Assembly (NCBI GenBank): GCA_963806975.1
Contig: CAWEAK010000007.1
Location: 56,034-120,033 of the forward strand
Direction: 5' to 3'
From: an uncultured Spirochaetota bacterium
Lineage (GTDB): Bacteria > Spirochaetota > Brevinematia > Brevinematales > JAOACQ01
Length of the DNA: 64,000 nt
This document shows positions 1 to 8,308 of the stretch, piece by piece (position 1 is the stretch's first letter; every line of letters starts with the position of its first letter). The notes under the pieces are model-generated. The model had not been told where the DNA came from, ran no database searches, and saw only the letters and a program-made list of their open reading frames with translations. The translations under genes were made by a program, and so were the position numbers.

Positions 1-87
1 AAAACCTTCGATCTTTGTGCCGGCTTTGGGTAAAGCAAAATTAAAAAAAAGAAATAATAATATGATAAGCTCAACCGGTTTTCCCAT
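1..87 (-). CDS. Start of a membrane protein running off the window edge (MGKPVELIILLFLFFNFALPKAGTKIEGF...); likely part of the glycan operon
   Basis: ATG at 87 on the minus strand, with AGAGG about 13 nt upstream. The N-terminus is hydrophobic. It lies directly downstream of the WbaP-like gene on the same strand. Only 29 codons are visible. Confidence 0.25.
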   Translation of the reverse strand, partial: MGKPVELIILLFLFFNFALPKAGTKIEGF

Positions 88-139
88 AACTTCATTATAC
101 CTCTGATAAAAAAACTTTTTCTTCTTAATTTTGAGATGG

Positions 140-1592
140 TTAATAAGCGCCCTTTCTTTTAAATACAACCTCGAGTGTGGAAAATATAATAATCATATCA
201 AGCCAGAGCGACCAGTTCTGGATATACCAGGTATCAAGCTTCAATCTCTCTTCAAAAATCAGTTCGTTTCTGCCTGATATCTGCCATAGCCCTGTGATGC
301 CTGGTTTTGTTATGAGAATAGTGTCTATAAAATCCATGATTTCTTCTTTTTCTCTCGGAAGATAAGGCCTGGGTCCAACAAGGCTCATTTCTCCCCTCAG
401 TACATTGAATATCTGGGGAAGCTCATCCAGGGAGGTGCCTCTTAAAAATTTTCCCATTTTAGTAACTCTCGGGTCAAAATCTTTTAATTTTTTATATTTT
501 CTCCAGTCTCTCAAGGCTGCCGGGTTATTAATAAAGTATGAATCAAGTATTTTATCAGAATCTACATACATCGTTCTGAATTTAAAGCACTTAAAAATTT
601 TGTTATTCTTTCCCATCCTGTCCTGAATAATAAATGCCGGTCCTCTGGAATCAAGCCTGATTAATATTGCTATAACGGCTATTACAGGTAAAAGAAAGGG
701 TAGAAGCAGAATAGAGACAACTATATCAAAAATGGTTTTTGTCAGGCGGTTTGCTAAAGCCTTCAAGTTATTTTTAATTTTCAAAAGAAAGGTTTTCTGC
801 ATAAAGAGGTAATGGAGCTCTGTATTTATCTGCGCAATACCGGCCAGGTCTGGTACCAGCATTACGGTTTTTGAATATTTCTGGACATTGCTTGTTAATA
901 CGGCCAGCTCTTCACGTGATAAATCCGGCAATGCTATTATTACAGTTGATATATCGAGAAAGCTGATAAATTTAGTGAAATTTTTAATCTTTCCGTAAAT
1001 TTTATATTTCTTTCCACAGATTTCAATATCCGAGTGAAGTTTTTCCTCAATATCATCAAGAAAACCGACAACATTATAACCAAGCTGTTTTTCATTTGTC
1101 AGACCGATTACCGTGTTGACAGCGCTTTCTCCTGCGCCTAAAACCAGAACATTTTCTTTCCAGATATTTATTTTGAAAAAGGAGCCTCTTACCCCAATAC
1201 CGGACAAAGGGTAAAATTATAGAAAGAAAAAGCCAGAGAAGAACAAAAGTCAATCTTGATATCTTGCCAAAGACATGCCTGACTGAAACAAGGAAAAAAA
1301 CAAAAAGGAAGGAAATCGTTGTGGATTTAATAATAACCTTTATCTCCTCCCAGAATGGATAACGCACGGAATAAAGCCTTTCAAAAGCCATTACAAAAAT
1401 AAATATCAGGGGAATCCACCATATTGAAGTGAAGTATTCAAATGAGAATGTAAACGACGGAATCGGTCTGTAAAAAGAACTGATTATGTTTGCTCTTGTG
1501 AAAACAGCTAAAAATAGAGCAGCATAATATGATATAATGTCCAGACAAATAAGGGAAAAAAATCTGAGGGAAAAATTTATTTTTTTTATCAT
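140..1592 (-). CDS. Polyprenyl glycosylphosphotransferase (WbaP/EPS priming sugar transferase), with an apparent frameshift
   Basis: ORF 1092..1592 encodes the N-terminal TM bundle. ORF 140..1207 encodes the CoA-binding-like linker (VLVLGAGESAVN) and the bacterial sugar transferase domain (DELPQIFNVLRGEMSLVGPRP). The two frames join as ...GKRLLF|KINIWKENVLVLGAG at an A5/T5 run near 1175-1179. Confidence 0.8.
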
Positions 1593-1609
1593 AATTATCT
1601 CTCAATTTT

Positions 1610-2761
1610 TTAATTTTTCATATTTAGAAATTCTTTGTACTTTTCCTCAACAAACTCGCTGTATCTTCTCTGAAATTCCTCTCTTGAGAATCTTTCGGCA
1701 TTTTTCCTGATACCATTTGCATCAAAACTATCCTCTGTTTTCTCAAAACGCTTTATGGCTTCTGTAAAGCTCTCCTCGCTTTGCTCATCAAAAAAAATGC
1801 CCGTTTTTCCTTCAAGCACTGTTTCCGTAACACCGCCTCTCCCGAAAGCAATAACAGGCGTGCCGCAAGCTTGGGCTTCTATAGGCAGCAGCCCAAAATC
1901 CTCCTCCGCGGCAAAAACAAAGGCTTTTGCCCTTTGGAGGTAATATTTTAATTTTTCAGATGTCTGATAGCCCAGAAGTTCAATGTTTTTTGCATTACCA
2001 GTGATTTTTTTTATTTTATTGAAATCACCGCCGTCGCCGATTACAATCAGTTTTTTTTCAGGCAACTTTTTAAAACAGCTAACAATGAGATCGATTTTTT
2101 TATATGGAGCCATATTGGAAGCTGTTAAATAATAGTTTTCCTTTTTATCCCAGCATTCAAAAAATCTGACATCCGCCGGTCCGTAAATAACCTTAGAATC
2201 TCTATTATAAATCTTTTTTATCCTCCGGGCAACATAACTTGAGTTTGTTAAATAATGATCAACCCGTCCGGATGAAATTATATCCCATGTCCTGATTCGG
2301 TGCAAAGCCTTTTTAAAGTACCATCCGAAAGGCCCGGTCTCGAGTTTTAGCTCTTTCAGGTATTGAAAATATAAATCCCAGGCATAACGAATGGGCGTGT
2401 GCATATAACAGATATGGAGCTGATTTGAATTTGTAAGAACCCCCTTTGCCACAGCATGTGAGGTGGACAAAACCAGGTCGTATTGCGAAAGATCAAATTC
2501 TTCAATCGCTCTGGGAAAAAATGCTATAAGTCCGCGGTAAATTCTGTCTGAAAACGGGATTTTCTGTATCGAAGAAGAAATCACTCTTTTTTTATCTATT
2601 ATGTTACTTTTGAAATTTTTTGTATGAAGAAGTGTGTATACAGGAGAAGGATAAAGCTCATAAATAGCCTCAAGGGCTTTTTCCCCCCCGCGCATTCCGG
2701 TAAGCCAGTCATGAACCAAAGCTGTTTTAATTCCGCTTTTTTTTATAAAATTATCAGTCAT
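1610..2761 (-). CDS. Family 4 (group 1) glycosyltransferase
   Basis: 383 aa. GT-B architecture with a C-terminal EDFGLLPIEAQACGTPVIA motif (the E-x7-E type region of GT4). Confidence 0.8.
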   Translation of the reverse strand: MTDNFIKKSGIKTALVHDWLTGMRGGEKALEAIYELYPSPVYTLLHTKNFKSNIIDKKRVISSSIQKIPFSDRIYRGLIAFFPRAIEEFDLSQYDLVLSTSHAVAKGVLTNSNQLHICYMHTPIRYAWDLYFQYLKELKLETGPFGWYFKKALHRIRTWDIISSGRVDHYLTNSSYVARRIKKIYNRDSKVIYGPADVRFFECWDKKENYYLTASNMAPYKKIDLIVSCFKKLPEKKLIVIGDGGDFNKIKKITGNAKNIELLGYQTSEKLKYYLQRAKAFVFAAEEDFGLLPIEAQACGTPVIAFGRGGVTETVLEGKTGIFFDEQSEESFTEAIKRFEKTEDSFDANGIRKNAERFSREEFQRRYSEFVEEKYKEFLNMKN

Positions 2762-2816
2762 TTATATTCCTCTTAATCTAATTTGTCTTATTCTTATATC
2801 TCCCAGAGGTCAAAAA

Positions 2817-4346
2817 TCACCAGCCTGTTAATTTTTTAGTCAGGCTCTTAAAAGCAAGTAAAAAATCTATCGGATTTTTAAAACGGAATATGTTTTTTAA
2901 TATAAAGCGAGGGCTTAAAAAAAAATCGAAATTTGCTTTTTTTACCATTTTTTCAATGACTCTTTTTTTTAAATGCGGATATTCAATAATAGCTTTTTTC
3001 TGCAAATCAACGGGAACGTAATCTCCATATACCATCCAGCCCTCTTTTTTAGCCCTGTTATAGAATTCAGTTCCTGGAAAAGGATTGCAGATACTGAACA
3101 TAACCATTGCCGGTTCGAGCCTGATGGATTCACGGATGGTTTCCATCATTGTTCCTTTTGTTTCAAGGGGGGAGGCAGCCAATAAAATATTCAATTTTGA
3201 TTGAATCCCATGTTTTTTTAAAAGTTTTATCGCTTCATAAAAGGTCTCGAGTTTTATCCCCTTCTTAATATCATCAAGAATATCCTGATTAAAAGACTCG
3301 ATGCCGATGTCGATATAGATACAGCCACTATCAGCCATCGCTTTAATGAGAGAATCATCTAAAAGCGAGTCGGCTCTTGCAAGACAGCCCCATTTTATAC
3401 CGAGAGATTTAATACCCGCACAGATTTCTATTGTCCGTTCTGCATTCAGGACAAAATCGTCATCAATAATGCTGACGGTTTTATAGCCTTCACTTTGAAG
3501 CCGGGTAAATTCTTCGATAACAATTTTAGGAGAACGAAACCTGACTTTTGGAATGCCGTTTGTTGTTCCCCTGCCAATATTATATTCCAGTTTAACGGCA
3601 AAACTCAAAGATGACGGCACACAGTAGGTACATTGAAAGGGGCAGCCTCTTGACGTCAGAACTGTGGTAAAGGGCCTTTCTTTAAGTTTGGGATTGTAGT
3701 AGAGTTCTTTGTGAATCATTTCCCTCGCGGGAAAGGGCAAATCATCAAGGTTTTCAATTAATTCCCTTCCAGGATTTCGTACAGATTTATTAACAGTATT
3801 TAAATAGTTGATTCCTTGAATATCGTTTAAATTTTTCACACTTTTGTCTGTGATAAAATCAATTAATTCCGGTATTGTTAAATCTCCCTCTCCTCTTGCA
3901 ACAAAGCATCCTGTGTCAAAAAGAAAGAATTCCGGGTCGGTCGTTGGAGCAGGCCCGCAGAAAATAACGGGAAGGCTTCCCCTGAAAGTCCTGATCTGCT
4001 GAAAAACTTCTTTATCAATTTCTTTGGACAGGTTAACACTATAGAATACATAAATATTGCTGATGTCATCTGCAAGCCAGCCGTAAAATTCAACAGTCTT
4101 CATTCCCATAACCGGGGCGTCCATAACACTCACATCATAACCGGCTTTTTTAAGAACTGCCGCGTAGCCTAACAGAAAAATATTTGGAATAGGATATATA
4201 CTGAAAGTACAGCCGAAAACCCTTTCGGGGATTCTATTATTATGCAGGGCCGGCGGAATTAAAAATGTTATTTTTTCCATTAACGGTTTCTCCCGGCGAT
4301 AAACTCTAATCCTTGGTATTATATCATTCTTTTCGGGTTTTGTCAT
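2817..4346 (-). CDS. B12-binding-domain radical SAM protein
   Basis: N-terminal cobalamin-binding-like domain followed by SRGCPFQCTYCVPS (CxxxCxxC). An alternative start at 4280 (MEKITFLIPP) has GGGAG upstream. Confidence 0.8.
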   Translation of the reverse strand: MTKPEKNDIIPRIRVYRREKPLMEKITFLIPPALHNNRIPERVFGCTFSIYPIPNIFLLGYAAVLKKAGYDVSVMDAPVMGMKTVEFYGWLADDISNIYVFYSVNLSKEIDKEVFQQIRTFRGSLPVIFCGPAPTTDPEFFLFDTGCFVARGEGDLTIPELIDFITDKSVKNLNDIQGINYLNTVNKSVRNPGRELIENLDDLPFPAREMIHKELYYNPKLKERPFTTVLTSRGCPFQCTYCVPSSLSFAVKLEYNIGRGTTNGIPKVRFRSPKIVIEEFTRLQSEGYKTVSIIDDDFVLNAERTIEICAGIKSLGIKWGCLARADSLLDDSLIKAMADSGCIYIDIGIESFNQDILDDIKKGIKLETFYEAIKLLKKHGIQSKLNILLAASPLETKGTMMETIRESIRLEPAMVMFSICNPFPGTEFYNRAKKEGWMVYGDYVPVDLQKKAIIEYPHLKKRVIEKMVKKANFDFFLSPRFILKNIFRFKNPIDFLLAFKSLTKKLTGW

Positions 4347-4364
4347 ATAACGGCATATTAGTTC

Positions 4365-4470
4365 CGCCCGATGGGGCGGGTCGCTTTCGTAACAGTGGCA
4401 AAAAATAATTTTTAAAATAGTTTATAATAAAATATAACCTCTAACGCCGTTACGAAAGCCTTGGTAAAAA
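4365..4470. repeat. Hairpin-forming inverted repeats (CCGCCC-GATG-GGGCGG, then GCTTTCGTAAC..GTGGCAAA / GCCGTTACGAAAGC)
   Basis: Read directly. There is a 6-bp GC stem at about 4365-4381. A 10-11 bp inverted repeat (ctttcgtaac / gttacgaaag) is separated by an AT-rich loop of about 45 nt. Confidence 0.4.
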
Positions 4471-4590
4471 AAGAACAACCAGAATAATCATTAACTAATA
4501 TTTCATTATAATTATGATATATATGTTTTTGTATATCTTTATTATAAGGCTGGCTGTTCTATTGGTTTTGTCTACTAACTGATATAATTC

Positions 4591-4619
4591 TTGACTCTAT
4601 ATTTTTAGGGATATAAACT
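4591..4619 (+). promoter_or_regulatory. Candidate sigma-70 promoter (TTGACT-N17-TAAACT) upstream of the hairpin element and the CMD gene
   Basis: TTGACT at 4591-4596 and TAAACT at 4614-4619. The background is AT-rich, so a chance match is possible. Confidence 0.3.
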
Positions 4620-4640
4620 TTATATTGCTTAGATGGAATA

Positions 4641-4746
4641 TGCCACCGAGACTCTGAGGCACCGAGTACAATAGACAAATTATTTTGTTGATTTATAAAG
4701 AGTTAAAATGTTAATAAAAACCCCGTGTCTTTGCGTCTCGGTGGCA
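4641..4746. repeat. Long imperfect hairpin element (TGCCACCGAGAC..GGCACCGAG ... CCCCGTGTCTTTGCGTCTCGGTGGCAAA)
   Basis: GCCACCGAGAC (4642-4652) is the perfect reverse complement of GTCTCGGTGGC (4735-4745). The second CACCGAG unit is partially complementary to GTGTCTTTGC. The loop is AT-rich and about 50 nt long. Confidence 0.5.
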
Positions 4747-4818
4747 AATAAACGGGTTTAGAGTTTTTGCAGTGCCGCCATGTATAAATTAAAATAAAAA
4801 ATAAAAAAGAGGATAGTT

Positions 4819-5196
4819 ATGAAGAAAGATAAAAATAATATTTTAAATTATTATAAAGAAGTATTAAAATGGAATCCGCCGTTTGCTGAAATATTAAACA
4901 AATATCTTCCGGATTCATTGGAAGGTTATCTAATAATGAGAGAGTCCATTCAAAGCGGTGTTTTACCGGAAAAATATAGGGAATTGTTATTTACGATACT
5001 GGATAGTATTGATGATGAGCTTTCCGGGGCAAAAGCACATTGTTTAGCCGCAATGAAAGCCGGTCTTTCAATACATGAATTGGTCGAAGCGTTTACCATT
5101 GCCACATTGGTAAAAGGTATAAATGTAATGTGTAAAAGCGGCGTCGAAGTTATTAAAGAAGCAGAAAAGTTTCTAACTGAAAACAATTCAAAATAA
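4819..5196 (+). CDS. Carboxymuconolactone decarboxylase (AhpD-like) family protein
   Basis: 125 aa. CMD-family pattern (..YRELLFTILDSID....AKAHCLAAMKAGLSIHELVEAFTIA). RBS AGAGGA lies upstream. Confidence 0.75.
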   Translation: MKKDKNNILNYYKEVLKWNPPFAEILNKYLPDSLEGYLIMRESIQSGVLPEKYRELLFTILDSIDDELSGAKAHCLAAMKAGLSIHELVEAFTIATLVKGINVMCKSGVEVIKEAEKFLTENNSK

Positions 5197-5262
5197 TTAG
5201 CTTCAAGCCTGCAAATCAAGCTTATAAACAATAAATATTTCTGAATTATTTTTTTAATTTGT

Positions 5263-5297
5263 TTGACTAATATTCTAACAATATGATATAATATTAG
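5263..5297 (+). promoter_or_regulatory. Sigma-70-type promoter (TTGACT-N18-TATAAT) overlapped by the palindrome CTAATATT-N15-AATATTAG; likely TetR autoregulatory operator
   Basis: TTGACT 5263-5268, TATAAT 5287-5292, inverted repeat 5267-5274 / 5290-5297. It sits about 30 nt upstream of the TetR start. Confidence 0.5.
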
Positions 5298-5325
5298 AAA
5301 GTAAGATAGTTTTGGAGAAAAGTTT

Positions 5326-5922
5326 ATGGCTCCGGATAGAAAGAATGAGATTTTAAAAGCAGCCGGTATATGTTTTACTAAGTTCGGATATGATAAAACA
5401 ACCCTTGATGATATTGGGGAAATGGTGGGGATGAACAAGGTTTCCCTTTACTATTACTTTAAAAATAAGGAAAGTTTGTTTGCCGAAATGATAGGAAGGG
5501 AAGCCGATGAGTATACTGAAAACATAAAAAAGAAGGTAAAAGCCGTCCGGGGATGCAGGGAAAAGATTCTCGCCTGGATTGAGGAAGGCTTTAAATACAC
5601 TCAGAGCGGCAGCATCCTGCACCAGCTTTCCATGGAAACACTGAAGAAACTAACGCCGCAGCTCGAGGAATTAAAAAACAACGCACAGAGAAAAGGAGCG
5701 GAAACATTTGCGGCTATGCTGAGGGAAGGACAGGAAAACAATGAGATTATTTCCTGCGATATAGTTAAAATCGCGGAAACCATCCAGAAAATCATTTACT
5801 CCATGAAAAATTCGGCGTATAACCAGATGAAACCAGGCGAGGAATTCGACCGTAAAAACCTCGATAAGGATGTCATTTTCGCTGTATCCCTTATATTAGA
5901 CGGCATCACTATAAAGAAATGA
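5326..5922 (+). CDS. TetR/AcrR family transcriptional regulator
   Basis: N-terminal HTH (ILKAAGICFTKFGYDKTTLDDIGEMVGMNKVSLYYYFKNKESLF). Confidence 0.85.
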   Translation: MAPDRKNEILKAAGICFTKFGYDKTTLDDIGEMVGMNKVSLYYYFKNKESLFAEMIGREADEYTENIKKKVKAVRGCREKILAWIEEGFKYTQSGSILHQLSMETLKKLTPQLEELKNNAQRKGAETFAAMLREGQENNEIISCDIVKIAETIQKIIYSMKNSAYNQMKPGEEFDRKNLDKDVIFAVSLILDGITIKK

Positions 5923-5937
5923 GAAGGGAGTAAAAAT

Positions 5938-6276
5938 ATGTCTATATTATTCTATGCAGCCTATTTTATTGCGGGCGGTTTAATGGTAAACGGTTTTTTT
6001 CATTATCTGATGGGAATAATGGGAAGAAAATTTATTAAACGGCCGAAAATGCTTTCTCAGGAACGATTTAATAAAATGACATCAGGCACTTCCAGCTTCA
6101 ATTCCGCGGTTTATAACATCATTTATGGAATGATACAATTGATCATTGCATTTTTAATCCTGACCTGTATTGGTAAATTTCATTTCGGTTTGACCTGGGA
6201 AACAGGTATTTTGATTCTTAATATTGTCATCAGTTCTTTGTTGTCGGCCTGGAATTTTGAGGGAACATTATCGTGA
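5938..6276 (+). CDS. Small polytopic membrane protein, paralog family member 1
   Basis: 112 aa and hydrophobic. It shares ..N.v.G.I.L.IAFLIL....KF.FGL... with 6464..6772 and 7761..8144. Confidence 0.5.
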   Translation: MSILFYAAYFIAGGLMVNGFFHYLMGIMGRKFIKRPKMLSQERFNKMTSGTSSFNSAVYNIIYGMIQLIIAFLILTCIGKFHFGLTWETGILILNIVISSLLSAWNFEGTLS

Positions 6277-6463
6277 ATCCAAGTCAATAGAATAAGTTAA
6301 TGAGCTGATAGTACTTTCCCCCTTTTTAAATGGGGATTGGGGGATTTTAATATTAAAAGAAAGAATTTGAAATAAACCCTCCGCCTCACTTTCAAAAATG
6401 GGAGGAGAATCTTTAACAAGAATAGCACTAATCAGATTAAATATTAATAATGGAGGTATAATT

Positions 6464-6772
6464 ATGGGTACTTTAATTCAAATCGTTGTATATTTTCTTT
6501 ATTTCATTGTTGGAGCTCTGTTTAGCAATGTTTTATTGCATTTAACCTGGAGTTTTAGTTTTGTACGGCTTTCAGAAAAATACAAAAATTTTATGATGGG
6601 GTCACACTTGGGAAACGCAATATTGGGCATTATTTATTTATTTATCGGACTTCTCATCCTCGCGCTGTTGAAATATCAATTTGGTCTGAATTTTAATACA
6701 TTTTTTATATTCCTTGGTATCGGCTTAGTGGCTATAAATTTTGGGTTAAGGTTTGATAAGAAGGAAAAATAA
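6464..6772 (+). CDS. Small polytopic membrane protein, paralog family member 2
   Basis: Start chosen at MGTLIQ (GGAGG RBS at 6452-6456). Contains GNAILGIIYLFIGLLILALLKYQFGLNFNT. Confidence 0.5.
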   Translation: MGTLIQIVVYFLYFIVGALFSNVLLHLTWSFSFVRLSEKYKNFMMGSHLGNAILGIIYLFIGLLILALLKYQFGLNFNTFFIFLGIGLVAINFGLRFDKKEK

Positions 6773-6906
6773 TTCTTAACAAGCATACCCCATCATTACA
6801 TTCAGGACAACTGCTTGCCCCAGGTATAATTACTGCGAGGAGTAAAACGGATCATACGCTTTCAGCTACAGCTAGCAACTTGTTAAAATAAGATAGGAGG
6901 CCAAAT

Positions 6907-7164
6907 ATGACTTTGTTTTACAGTTTAAAAACAATGCCGGATAATGAAATCCAGAATTGGCTGCGGAAGGTCGGCAGGGAAAACGCAGAGACCCTCGCAA
7001 AAGCCCTCACCGTCGCGGGCGCTGACGTTCAGGAATGCGTTTTCCGGAATATGTCCACTCGTGCGAAATCGTTTTTAAAAGAAGATATCAGGAAATATAG
7101 CGAAACAGGGGTAAATGAAGCGGAGATAAAAGAAATTTCTTTGAGGATGGAAAAATTGATGTGA
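6907..7164 (+). CDS. Stand-alone FliG C-terminal-domain-like protein (85 aa)
   Basis: DNEIQNWLRKVGRENAETLAKALTVAGADVQECVFRNMSTRAKSFLKEDI matches the FliG_C pattern (IQ.vLrevd...La.ALkga.eev.e.i..NMS.RAa..l.eDl). RBS AGGAGG. FliG N-terminal and middle domains are absent. Confidence 0.6.
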   Translation: MTLFYSLKTMPDNEIQNWLRKVGRENAETLAKALTVAGADVQECVFRNMSTRAKSFLKEDIRKYSETGVNEAEIKEISLRMEKLM

Positions 7165-7174
7165 AGAGTATAAA

Positions 7175-7729
7175 ATGGAGAAAAATTCCATGAAAAAAAT
7201 ATTTCAAACTTACGCGGATTATAATAAAAAGGCGAATCTGGCTCTTTTAAACCGGTTCGGAAAACTTTCAAAAGAACAACTGATGCAGGTTAGAGGAGCT
7301 TATTATAATTCTATATTTGAAGCTTTCAAGCATATTCTCATAAATAGCGATACGCTTTTCCTGAAGCTTTTCAGCGGTCTTTTTCCCGGCGATCAATCGC
7401 TTGCAGGTAACCGGCTTGCCGGGCTGGATGAGGAGAAATACGGCGCGTTGATGGAAGAACTGGAACAGGATTATAACAGGCTCTTCGATTACCGGAGGGA
7501 AACGGACGGTCTTATCTGCCGTTTTATCGATCAATTAAGCCCGGAACAGTTTGTTTCCAATGTGCCTCTTTACCGGGATGAAGATGGGCAGACTATCAGC
7601 GGCGAACTCTGGAAAACCATATTAAAGCTTTTCGACCACCAGACCTACCACCGCGGCCAGATTTCCGCTTTTCTTGACCGAATAGGGATCGAGAACGACT
7701 CCTTTTCCGCTGGATGGGAAAATAAATAG
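7175..7729 (+). CDS. DinB family (DUF664-like) metal-dependent protein
   Basis: C-terminal DHQTYHRGQISAFLDRIG motif, typical of DinB/YfiT four-helix bundle proteins. Confidence 0.75.
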   Translation: MEKNSMKKIFQTYADYNKKANLALLNRFGKLSKEQLMQVRGAYYNSIFEAFKHILINSDTLFLKLFSGLFPGDQSLAGNRLAGLDEEKYGALMEELEQDYNRLFDYRRETDGLICRFIDQLSPEQFVSNVPLYRDEDGQTISGELWKTILKLFDHQTYHRGQISAFLDRIGIENDSFSAGWENK

Positions 7730-7760
7730 AAAAAGCAAAAAATTTTTCAGGAGGGGTAAT

Positions 7761-8144
7761 ATGCCCAGGATACTTAAAGCCGAAATTATTCAGCTGCTTG
7801 TTTACGGAGTTTTCGGAGTTTTTATCGCTTTCAGCAGATTTAAAAAACCGCTTTACTTTGCCCTTGGATTTATTGCCGCAATTGGAATTCCATCATTGAT
7901 GCTTGGATTTGGGTTTAAGGGAATGAAAGCGGCGATGGCTGCCGGAGGCTCGGCTTACGAAAAATTCCGCGGGTTACCCATAGCCAATGGTTTGTGGGGA
8001 ATCATACATCTTACAATTGCGTTTATCATTTATCAGAAAATAAAGGATGAATTTGAAATAGGCTTGAATATTCAGACATTGCTGCTGGCTTTAGGATTCT
8101 GTTTTGTCTATATTCCACTGTCAATTATGCAGGGAAAGGTTTGA
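7761..8144 (+). CDS. Small polytopic membrane protein, paralog family member 3
   Basis: 127 aa. NGLWGIIHLTIAFIIYQKIKDEFEIGLNIQT aligns with the other two paralogs. Confidence 0.5.
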   Translation: MPRILKAEIIQLLVYGVFGVFIAFSRFKKPLYFALGFIAAIGIPSLMLGFGFKGMKAAMAAGGSAYEKFRGLPIANGLWGIIHLTIAFIIYQKIKDEFEIGLNIQTLLLALGFCFVYIPLSIMQGKV

Positions 8145-8157
8145 ACCGGAGGCAATA

Positions 8158-8295
8158 ATGAGCGTTAAGAAGGGGCAAGTCTGCCTTATTACAGGCGCGA
8201 CAAGCGGTATAGGCAAAGCGACGCCTGAAGCATCGGATGTTAATTTAGCTGGAAGATTATGGAACATATGCACTGATTTGACGTATCTGGCTTGA
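8158..8295 (+). pseudogene. Truncated remnant of a short-chain dehydrogenase/reductase
   Basis: GGAGG RBS followed by MSVKKGQVCLITGATSGIGKAT (the SDR TGxxxGxG Rossmann N-terminus). The sequence then loses SDR similarity and stops after 45 codons. Confidence 0.55.
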
Positions 8296-8308
8296 ACCTG
8301 GAGGTTAT

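Noticed and set aside
4365-4385. GC-rich stem CCGCCC-GATG-GGGCGG, considered as part of a tRNA or a terminator
   Set aside because: No cloverleaf can be drawn from the flanking sequence. No T-tract follows, and it lies upstream (not downstream) of the adjacent minus-strand gene. It is kept only as part of the hairpin-rich region.
4950-5438. 162-aa minus-strand ORF
   Set aside because: It overlaps the CMD-family gene, the promoter/operator region and the TetR start on the opposite strand. It has no RBS or motif.
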